Part shown: in pieces, positions 1-7,735 of the stretch | Numbering within the stretch: the stretch's first letter is position 1 | Layout of the letters: the number at the start of each line of letters is the position of its first letter | Assembly (NCBI GenBank): GCA_034521595.1 | Contig: JAXHMG010000003.1 | Coordinates: 416,001-480,000 of the forward strand | DNA from: Gemmatimonadota bacterium | GTDB taxonomy: Bacteria > Gemmatimonadota > Gemmatimonadetes > Longimicrobiales > Gaopeijiaceae | DNA: 64,000 nucleotides | Direction: 5' to 3' | Made by a program: the position numbers and the translations under genes | Notes under the pieces: model-generated | The model's database searches: none | What the model saw: the letters and a program-made list of their open reading frames with translations, nothing else | What the model was told of the DNA's origin: nothing

Positions 1-29
1 GCGTACGCGTTGGCCTACTGACCCGTCCC

Positions 30-64
30 CCCGCCTCGGCCGCGAGCACGCCGGCCGAGGCGGG
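30..64. terminator. GC hairpin downstream of the methyltransferase gene
   Basis: Perfect 13-bp inverted repeat CCCGCCTCGGCCG (30-42) / CGGCCGAGGCGGG (52-64). It follows a probable plus-strand stop at 19-21. No U-tract. Confidence 0.45.
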
Positions 65-116
65 CGCCGGCCAAGGTTCAGCGGACGCGTCCGGCGACTT
101 CCGCCTGTTCCCGTTC

Positions 117-1001
117 TCAGTCGGAGTGGCTCGAGGAGCCGGCGAAGTCGAAGGTCAGCATTCCGTAGGAGAAGACACCGCGCGTGAGTCCCTGCTGGAG
201 CGCGTTCCCTCCGATCATGTTGCCGAAGAAAGGGACGCGTGCGAGGCCGAGGGGAGTGAGAACGGGCGCTACGAGGGCGATCGCCCGGTCACGGGGACGG
301 CCGAGTCGGATGAGCGGGGTGAGGTCGCGCCGCTCCAGGAGCTCGAAGCCAGCGGGCTCGGCGGCCTCGGCCCAACCTCGGGGGTCCATGACCGTACCTA
401 GACGCCATCCTCGGCGGAACGTGTCCACGAGCCGACGCTCGTCCGCCTTCAAGGTTTTCGCGCTCCGGGTGAGGAAGTCGTCCACGACGATGAGTCGTCC
501 CCGACGGGACTCGAAATGTCGCGCCACCGTGCGGAACAGGGCCTGGGGACACGCGGAGTGCGCGAACGACTCCACGGCGACCACGACGTCCACCCGGTCG
601 GTTCCGAGGGGCGGAGCGGGTTCCGGGTCCTCGAAGTCCCCCACATGGAAGCGGCAGCGTTCCGCCAGTCCCTTCCGCTTTGCGGTCCGCTCCGCGAGTC
701 GTTGTTGCTGCGGGCTGATCGTCACGCCATGGAAGCGCCCGTGATCGAACCGGTTCGCGAGGTCGAAGAGGGTTCCGCCGACCCCGCAGCCCAGATCCAG
801 AACCGTCGGCGCGTCCGGTGCCCAGGCGGCGATCTGGTGACCCAGGAGCCGGTTCACGTAGCGCTTCGCTTCCGCGGGGGTGCGCACATCCGGGCCCCAG
901 AGCTCACGGTGGATGGCGAGCGCCTCTCCGCCGCCTCCAAAGCGAAGGAAGCGACGTGTGTTGCGGTCGTAGTAGTGCGCTATGCGATCGGATGGCGTCA
1001 T
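117..1001 (-). CDS. Class I SAM-dependent methyltransferase
   Basis: Motif I VLDLGCGVGG, then GVTISPQQ and VAVESFAHS; resembles sterol/tocopherol-type methyltransferases. Confidence 0.85.
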   Translation of the reverse strand: MTPSDRIAHYYDRNTRRFLRFGGGGEALAIHRELWGPDVRTPAEAKRYVNRLLGHQIAAWAPDAPTVLDLGCGVGGTLFDLANRFDHGRFHGVTISPQQQRLAERTAKRKGLAERCRFHVGDFEDPEPAPPLGTDRVDVVVAVESFAHSACPQALFRTVARHFESRRGRLIVVDDFLTRSAKTLKADERRLVDTFRRGWRLGTVMDPRGWAEAAEPAGFELLERRDLTPLIRLGRPRDRAIALVAPVLTPLGLARVPFFGNMIGGNALQQGLTRGVFSYGMLTFDFAGSSSHSD

Positions 1002-1188
1002 CGCAGGTATCTGACGGTCCGGAGTTCCACGTGCAACCCCCGTGTCCGTGCTCGACCCGGCGGGCGGGGCGCGGGGTGCAGCGGGGGTGGTGCGGTGCCG
1101 GAGGGGAAACGAGATTCCACCGCCCGAGCCTGCCGGTGTCCCTGCAGTGAGCCGGCTTCCTCTCCCGTGCCTTCGACCCCCGACAGCC

Positions 1189-2844
1189 GTGTCCGACGCC
1201 TCGATCCTGAGGGACCTCGGCGTGATCCTCGTGGCCGCGGCCGCGTTCGCTATCTTGGCGCGCTCGCTGCGGATCCCGTCGATCGTCGCCTACATACTCG
1301 CCGGGTTGCTGCTTGGCCCGGTATCGGGAGTCTTGGAAGTCAGCGAAGGTGTGGAGCTGGCATCCGAAATCGGTATCGCCCTGCTTCTTTTCCTTGTCGG
1401 GCTCGAGCTTTCATTCGCGGCGATCAGGGATCTCGGGAAGGTCGCTGGGGTCGGGGGGACGGCGCAGGTCGTGATCTCGGCGCTGGTGGGCACGGGCTTG
1501 GCCGTGCTGCTGGGCTTTCCTGCCCGGGAGGCGCTCTTTCTCGGTGTGGCGCTGTCGTTCAGCTCCACCGTGGTGGTCGTGAAGCTCCTCGAGCAGCGCG
1601 GCGACCTACAGGACACCTACGGGCGTGTGACGCTCGGCATCCTGCTCGTTCAGGATCTACTGGTGGTGGTCGTGCTCACCTTCGTGTCGGGGTTGGCCCG
1701 AGAAGGATCCGCGAGCCTCCTGCGGATGGCGATGGACCTGTGGATCTCCTTCGGGGGGATGGCGGTGCTGGTCGTGGTCGCCATCGGAGCGTCCCGTTCC
1801 TTCCTGCCTCTCGCCTTCCAATGGATCGGACGATCGCCCGAGGCCACCCTGATCTGGAGCCTTTCGTGGTGCTTTCTCCTCATCCTGGGAGCCCAGTGGC
1901 TGGGGCTGTCCGTGGAGCTCGGCGCGTTCCTGGCCGGTGTGGGGTTGGCTCAGCTGCCGTTCAACGACGACCTCCGGCGGCGCGTGGGGCCGCTCGTCAA
2001 CTTCTTCATCGCGGTCTTCTTCGTCACGCTCGGGGTCCACATGGATCCGGTCGAGGCGTTGGCCCTCTGGCCTTCCGCGCTCGCGTTGATCGCCTTCGTG
2101 ATGATCGTCAAGCCGATGTTGCTCCTCACCGTGATTCCACGTCTCGGCTTCGGTGAGCGCACGGCCGCGCTGTCGGGCCTGACGCTCGCGCAGACCTCGG
2201 AGTTCTCGTTCATCCTTGCGGGTCTCGGCCTCTCCGCGGGACTCATCGGAGAAGAGATCCTGGCGCTTATCGCCCTGATCGGGCTCGGCACCATGGGACT
2301 TTCTTCGGGGCTCATCCTGAACTCACGACGCGTGTATGTGCGCCTACGCGCCGCCGGGCTCTTGAAGGTCTTCCGCGCCCCCCATGAAGGTCCCCGGGAC
2401 CGGGAAGAAGCCGGGAGCGGACACGGCCCCGCCTTCGGGCTCCGAGATCACGTCATCGTGGTCGGCATGAATTCGCTGGGACAGCGGATCGTCGAGGGGC
2501 TCAGGCAACGGGGAGTGGCCACCCTGGCCGTCGACACGGATCCGTTGAAGCTCGCCGAGGTGGACGGGCCGGTGCTGGTCGGCGACACGGACGACCTCAC
2601 AGTACTGGAGTCCGCGGGGATCCGGCGGGCGGAGCTCGTCGTATCGGCGCTCCAGATCGAGGGAGCGAACAACCTTCTCGCGTACCGCTGCCGCACCCTC
2701 GGCATACCGTGCAGCGTCCACGCGTTCGACGTCGCGGTCGTGCCCGACCTCAGGGAGATCGGAGCCACGCACCTCATGGACTCCAAGACCGCGGGCACCA
2801 GGCGGTTGACCGAAGCGCTCGGTGCGGAAGGGGTGTACGGATGA
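1189..2844 (+). CDS. CPA2/Kef-type cation:proton antiporter with C-terminal RCK (TrkA_N) domain
   Basis: Many TM helices, LLLFLVGLEL, SFSSTVVVVKLL, GILLVQDL, LAQTSEFSF, and RCK HVIVVGMNSLG. GTG 1189 chosen over the ORF start at 1042. Confidence 0.9.
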   Translation: MSDASILRDLGVILVAAAAFAILARSLRIPSIVAYILAGLLLGPVSGVLEVSEGVELASEIGIALLLFLVGLELSFAAIRDLGKVAGVGGTAQVVISALVGTGLAVLLGFPAREALFLGVALSFSSTVVVVKLLEQRGDLQDTYGRVTLGILLVQDLLVVVVLTFVSGLAREGSASLLRMAMDLWISFGGMAVLVVVAIGASRSFLPLAFQWIGRSPEATLIWSLSWCFLLILGAQWLGLSVELGAFLAGVGLAQLPFNDDLRRRVGPLVNFFIAVFFVTLGVHMDPVEALALWPSALALIAFVMIVKPMLLLTVIPRLGFGERTAALSGLTLAQTSEFSFILAGLGLSAGLIGEEILALIALIGLGTMGLSSGLILNSRRVYVRLRAAGLLKVFRAPHEGPRDREEAGSGHGPAFGLRDHVIVVGMNSLGQRIVEGLRQRGVATLAVDTDPLKLAEVDGPVLVGDTDDLTVLESAGIRRAELVVSALQIEGANNLLAYRCRTLGIPCSVHAFDVAVVPDLREIGATHLMDSKTAGTRRLTEALGAEGVYG

Positions 2845-4433
2845 TCGAATTCGCCGCCCTGCTCCTGGCCGCCGCGGCCGGCTTTGGAATCGCTCGGGCC
2901 TTCAGCCTGCCGGCCATCCCGTTCCTCATCCTCTGCGGGTTCGGCCTTTCGCTTCTCGTGCATCTCGAGGACGCGTTTCTCCAGGACACGTTGCTCCTGG
3001 GGATCACCTTCCTCGTGTTCGTAGCCGGGATCGAGCTGAATCCGCAGCGGGTCAGGCGTCAGAAGGTGGCTGCGGTGGCCGTCGGCACGGTCCAGTTCGT
3101 GTTGCTCGGCACGCTCGGATTCGGGGTGGCCAGGGCGTTGGGCTTCGACGTCCAGGCGGCGATCTACCTGGCGCTCGCCCTCACCGCCTCGTCGACACTG
3201 GTGGTCGTGAGGATTCTCCAGCAGCGTCGACAGCTCTTCGAGGCGTTCGGTCGGCTCGTGATCGGGGTGCTTCTACTCCAGGACCTGGCGGTTATCCTCC
3301 TGATTCCCGTTGTTACCCGGCTTCCGGACGGAGCCGGATCGGTCGCCTCGGGTGTCGTGGCGACGCTCGTTCTGGTAGCTCTCGCCTTCGTGCTCCTTCG
3401 CTGGGTCCTCCCGGAGTTGCTGCGCCGGATCTCGCTCGATGAAGAGCTGCTATTGCTGGCGGTTCTGGCGCTGCTCTTCGTCTTCCTCTTCCTGTCCGAC
3501 GTGATGGGTGTCCCCCACGTTGCTGGTGCGTTCCTCGCGGGGCTGGCGCTTTCCTCGTTCCCGGTGAACGGGGTCGTGCGTGGTCAGTTGGGGTCGCTCT
3601 CCGATTTCTTCACGGCGATGTTCTTCACGGCCCTCGGTGCGACCCTCGGGCTTCCGTCCGGCCTGGAGGTGGCCCAGGCGGTCGTGCTCGCACTCGTCGT
3701 GATCATGGTCACGCCACCTCTCGTGGCGCTGATCGCCGAGCGGGCGGGCTTTTCCGCGCGTCCCGCGATCTTCTCGGGATTGCTGCTTTCACAGACGAGT
3801 GAGTTCTCCCTGGTCGTCGGGCTCCAGGGTGTGGTGCTCGAGCAGATTCAGCCGGGCACGTTCACCGTGATCGCCCTGGTCACACTCACGACGATGACCG
3901 TCACGCCGTTCCTCGCCAACGACCGTCTCTCCTTGACGCTGATGCGCTTCCACCCCGCCCGTCGCGTTCCAGCGGAGGCCGGGGCCCCTCCCGAGAACCA
4001 CGTCCTGGTCCTCGGTTGCGGCGTGAGCGGGATGCCGCTCCTCGAAACGCTGGTTATCGGACCGTACCGCGTCGTGGCCGTCGATGACGACCCTCAGGTC
4101 GTTCAGCGGGTGCGTGACGCCGGCGTGGAAGCCATCCGGGGTGATGCCGCCGACACGGCGCTCCTCCGCAGGGCCGGAGCGGACCGTGCGCGGGTGGTCG
4201 TCTCGACGGTGCGGAGGGTCGAGGACAACGGACCGCTCCTGGAGATGGCCGACGGCGTTCCCATCCTCGTTCGCGTGTTCAACGTCGAGGACGCCGAGTG
4301 GGTCGAGGCTCGGGGCGGCCAGGCCGTGTTGTATTCGGACGCGGCCGCCGAGGGGTTCCTGGAATGGTTCGACCGGGCCGGGTGGGCGCGGCCGGACCAG
4401 CTGGAGGACGAGGAAAGGGAGCAGGTGCTCTGA
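2841..4433 (+). CDS. Second CPA2/Kef-type antiporter with RCK domain
   Basis: ATGA overlap with the previous stop; FVAGIEL, TASSTLVV, LLLQDL, SQTSEFS, and HVLVLGCGVSG. Confidence 0.9.
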   Translation: MIEFAALLLAAAAGFGIARAFSLPAIPFLILCGFGLSLLVHLEDAFLQDTLLLGITFLVFVAGIELNPQRVRRQKVAAVAVGTVQFVLLGTLGFGVARALGFDVQAAIYLALALTASSTLVVVRILQQRRQLFEAFGRLVIGVLLLQDLAVILLIPVVTRLPDGAGSVASGVVATLVLVALAFVLLRWVLPELLRRISLDEELLLLAVLALLFVFLFLSDVMGVPHVAGAFLAGLALSSFPVNGVVRGQLGSLSDFFTAMFFTALGATLGLPSGLEVAQAVVLALVVIMVTPPLVALIAERAGFSARPAIFSGLLLSQTSEFSLVVGLQGVVLEQIQPGTFTVIALVTLTTMTVTPFLANDRLSLTLMRFHPARRVPAEAGAPPENHVLVLGCGVSGMPLLETLVIGPYRVVAVDDDPQVVQRVRDAGVEAIRGDAADTALLRRAGADRARVVVSTVRRVEDNGPLLEMADGVPILVRVFNVEDAEWVEARGGQAVLYSDAAAEGFLEWFDRAGWARPDQLEDEEREQVL

Positions 4434-4437
4434 CTGG

Positions 4438-4738
4438 TGGGGCGCGCCGTAGTCACATACCTCGCTCGGGGCGCTTCGCTTGAACGCTGCGCGTTCAACC
4501 CGCTCGCTCGGCATGTGACTACGGCGCGCCTCACAGCCGGAGCGGTTGGGGAACGGGCGCTTCGCTTGAACGCTGCGTGTTCAACCCGCTCGCTCGGCAT
4601 GAGACTACGGCGCGCCTCACGGCCGGGGCGGTTGGGGAACGGGCGCTTCGCTTGAACGCTGCGTGTTCAACCCGCTCGCTCGGCATGAGACTACGGCGCG
4701 CCTCACGGCCGGAGCGGTTGGGGGAGGGGCGCTTCGCT
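4438..4738. repeat. REP/MITE-like palindromic element extended into three tandem 86-bp units
   Basis: GCGCTTCGCT recurs at 4471, 4557, 4643 and 4729 (period 86). 21-bp inverted arms at 4438-4458 / 4513-4533. Internal hairpin TTGAACGC-TGC-GYGTTCAA in each unit. Confidence 0.9.
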
Positions 4739-5705
4739 ACAGCTCGATGGTCTGGCCGAAGCCGCGGGCTTCGGCCTCTCGCACGGTGGCGAGCGCGACG
4801 GCCATGTCCTGTACGGCGTTGCCGACCGACTTGAAGTAGGTGATCTGGTCCGGCGAAGTCCGTCCCTCCGCGGTACCGGCCAGGATCTCGCCGATATCGG
4901 CGGCGATGTGGTCCTCACCGAACACGCCCTTCTCGATGGGGATGATCAGGTCCCCCGTCTCCTCGAGCGCGGCGTCTCGGGCATCCACGACCACCCGGGC
5001 ACGGAGCAGGAGCGCTTCGTCGATTTCCTGCATGTCCGGCTTGAAGGATCCCACGCCGTTGACGTGCACGCCCGGCTCCGCCGCGGCGTCGGGGAAGACC
5101 GGAGTGGCGCTCGTGGTCGCGGCGCACACGATGTCTGCGCCTCGAACCGCTGCGGAGGCGTCGTCGTAGGCGCTCGCGGCGACGCCTTCCAGCTCCGCGG
5201 CGAGGGCTCGCGCGGAGTCGCCACCGCGCGAGACCACGCGTACCTCTTCGATGTCGCGCACGGCCCGAACGGCCTCGATCTGCGTGAGCGCCTGAGGGCC
5301 CGCACCGAATACGGTGAGGACTCGCGCGTCCTCGCGGGCGAGCTCGCGCGTAGCGACCCCGGCACCGGCACCCGTGCGGAGCGCCGTGAGGTAGGTCCCG
5401 TCCATGAGGGCCATGGGCACCCCGGTGTCGGGATCGAGAAGCAGCACGACCCCGTTGATCGAGGGGAGACCGCGGTCGGGATTGCCCTGGAACGCCGACA
5501 CGATCTTGGCGCCCAACGCACGGGTATCCATGAGATATGCCGGCATGAAGAGCGACGTCCCGCCGGGCGTGTGCAGCGCGTGCCGGACCGGGGAGAGCGC
5601 GCGACCTGCCGAAAGTTCCTTGTATGCGCCGACGCAGGCTTCGATGGCCGCGGGCATGTCGATGGCCCGCCGCACGTCGTCCTGACTCAAGACGGTGAGC
5701 TTCAT
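4737..5705 (-). CDS. Ornithine cyclodeaminase / mu-crystallin family protein
   Basis: MPAY, KIVS, LTALRTGA, GAGPQA, HVNGVGS and FKSVGNAVQD; the start overlaps the pruA stop. Confidence 0.9.
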   Translation of the reverse strand: MKLTVLSQDDVRRAIDMPAAIEACVGAYKELSAGRALSPVRHALHTPGGTSLFMPAYLMDTRALGAKIVSAFQGNPDRGLPSINGVVLLLDPDTGVPMALMDGTYLTALRTGAGAGVATRELAREDARVLTVFGAGPQALTQIEAVRAVRDIEEVRVVSRGGDSARALAAELEGVAASAYDDASAAVRGADIVCAATTSATPVFPDAAAEPGVHVNGVGSFKPDMQEIDEALLLRARVVVDARDAALEETGDLIIPIEKGVFGEDHIAADIGEILAGTAEGRTSPDQITYFKSVGNAVQDMAVALATVREAEARGFGQTIEL

Positions 5706-7339
5706 TCCTCGTCCTCCGCCATGGACGGATAGCGGTAGTCGGTCGCGGGCACGAAGGTTTCCTTGATGCTGCGCGCCGAGACCCAACGGAGCAGGTTCAT
5801 CGACGAGCCGGCCTTGTCGTTGGTGCCGCTCGCGCGACCGCCGCCGAACGGCTGCTGCCCCACGACCGAACCGGTGGGCTTGTCATTGACGTAGAAGTTG
5901 CCCGCCGCGTGTCGAAGCATGTCCATGGCCCGGCGGGCCTCGGCACGGTCACGGGAAAAGACCGCCCCGGTGAGCCCGTAGGGTGAGGTCTGGTCGACCA
6001 GCCGCAGAGTTTCCTCCCACTCCTCCTCCGGATAGGCGTATACGGTCACGACCGGCCCGAAGATCTCTTCCCGCATCGATTCATACTGGGGGTTGGTGGT
6101 CTCGATGATCGTGGGCCGCACGAACCACCCCTTGGCGTCGTCGTACGTGCCACCGGCGATCACCTCGGCGTCGGAAGCCGCCGCGGCCCGATCGATATAA
6201 CCGGTCACCTTCTCGAACGAGGCCTCGTGGATGACCGCGCCCATGAAGTTCCGGAAGTCCGTCGGATCTCCCATGGCGATCGCTTCCGTCTCGCGCAGAA
6301 GGGGCTCGCGGATCTCCGACCACATCCCCTCGGGGAGGTAGACGCGCGAGACGGCGCTGCACTTCTGGCCCTGGTATTCGAAGGCGCCTCGGAGGATCGC
6401 CGTCTTCACGGCTTCAGGGTCCGCGGAAGCGTGGGCGACGATGAAGTCTTTCCCGCCCGTCTCACCCACGATGCGCGGATAGTTGTGGTAGCCGTCGAGC
6501 CCGTCGCCGATCTTCTTCCAGAGTTGTTTGAATACGCTCGTGGAGCCGGTGTAGTGGAGGCCCGCGAAGTCCTCGTGGTCGATCAGGGCCTCGGTCACGG
6601 TCGGGGGGTCTCCGGGAACGAAGTTGATGACACCCGGGGGCAGACCCGCTTCCTCGAAGATCTTCATGACCAGGTAGTTGCTGTACATGGCCGCCGTCGA
6701 AGGCTTCCACAACACCACGTTCCCCATCAGCGCGGGCGCGGCGGGCAGGTTCCCGGCGATCGCGGTGAAGTTGAACGGCGTGACCGCATAGATGAAGCCT
6801 TCGAGGGGCCGATACTCGAGCCGATTCCACATGCCCGAAGGGGACCGAGGCTGCTGGCTGGCGATCTCCTCGGCGAAGTGCACGTTGAAGCGTATGAAGT
6901 CGATGAGCTCGCAGGCGGCGTCGATCTCGGCCTGGTGCACCGTCTTGCTCTGACCGAGCATGGTGGCGGCGTTCACACGCTGTCGCCACGGACCGGCAAG
7001 GAGGTCGGCGGCGCGGAGGAAGACCGCCGCACGGTCCTCCCACGACATCCTCGACCACTCCTGCCATGCGCTCTTCGACGCCTCGATGGCCCTGCCGACC
7101 TCGGTCGGGCCCGCCTGGTGCCAGTGTGCCAGCGTGCGTTGGTGGTCGTGCGGGGCGACGGCCCGCTCGGTATCGCCGGTGCGGACCTCTTCGCCACCGA
7201 TGATCAGTGGGATGTCGAGCGGGTCCAAGCCGTCGTGGCGGGCGAGCTCGGCTTGGAGCTCTCGGCGCTCGGGGGTCCCTGGCGCGTAGGAGCGCACTGG
7301 CTCGTTCACGGGGACGGGAACGGTGATCCTTCCATTCAT
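5702..7339 (-). CDS. pruA: 1-pyrroline-5-carboxylate (glutamate semialdehyde) dehydrogenase
   Basis: NEPVRSYAPG, AEIDAACELIDF, PFNFTAIAGN, GETGGKDF, FEYQGQKCSA and GGRASGTNDKAG. Confidence 0.95.
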   Translation of the reverse strand: MNGRITVPVPVNEPVRSYAPGTPERRELQAELARHDGLDPLDIPLIIGGEEVRTGDTERAVAPHDHQRTLAHWHQAGPTEVGRAIEASKSAWQEWSRMSWEDRAAVFLRAADLLAGPWRQRVNAATMLGQSKTVHQAEIDAACELIDFIRFNVHFAEEIASQQPRSPSGMWNRLEYRPLEGFIYAVTPFNFTAIAGNLPAAPALMGNVVLWKPSTAAMYSNYLVMKIFEEAGLPPGVINFVPGDPPTVTEALIDHEDFAGLHYTGSTSVFKQLWKKIGDGLDGYHNYPRIVGETGGKDFIVAHASADPEAVKTAILRGAFEYQGQKCSAVSRVYLPEGMWSEIREPLLRETEAIAMGDPTDFRNFMGAVIHEASFEKVTGYIDRAAAASDAEVIAGGTYDDAKGWFVRPTIIETTNPQYESMREEIFGPVVTVYAYPEEEWEETLRLVDQTSPYGLTGAVFSRDRAEARRAMDMLRHAAGNFYVNDKPTGSVVGQQPFGGGRASGTNDKAGSSMNLLRWVSARSIKETFVPATDYRYPSMAEDEE

Positions 7340-7735
7340 GGATGTTGCCTCTGTCGGTCTTCTGGCGATGTCGCCGTGAGGGCGATCGGCCCTTGTCGGG
7401 TGGCGGGAAGAAGCGGATTCCACCGTACCCAAGATGAGGTCCCGGTGTCAATCGAGGTTGCGGATCCGGCCGTCGCGGCTCATTGTGTTTGGTTGGTTGG
7501 GGAGGGAGCCCCGAGATGCACGAGCGTTTCGGAGGATAGCGCTCACGTCATACGTGGCGTTTGCATGTTTAGGCTCTCGCTCCCCGTCCGCGCGCGGAGG
7601 GGTGTTGATAATAATGCGCGTTTCGACCAGATCCTCCGACGCCACACACGTCGTGTGGCCGCGTACATTCGGGCCGACTCGCGTCCGAAGTCGAACGTCA
7701 CACTCCGAATCCCTTCTCTATACCGGAGACGAGGT

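Noticed and set aside
1002..1188. Ion-sensing or c-di-AMP riboswitch upstream of the Kef genes
   Set aside because: I could not match ydaO, nhaA or DUF1646 consensus elements by eye. An Rfam scan would be needed.
4469..4738. CRISPR array
   Set aside because: The units are near-identical over their whole 86 bp, with no unique spacers and no cas genes nearby.
6227..7735. 503-aa N-terminal extension of the SusC-like ORF
   Set aside because: It overlaps pruA on the opposite strand. The SD and signal peptide place the real start at 7736.
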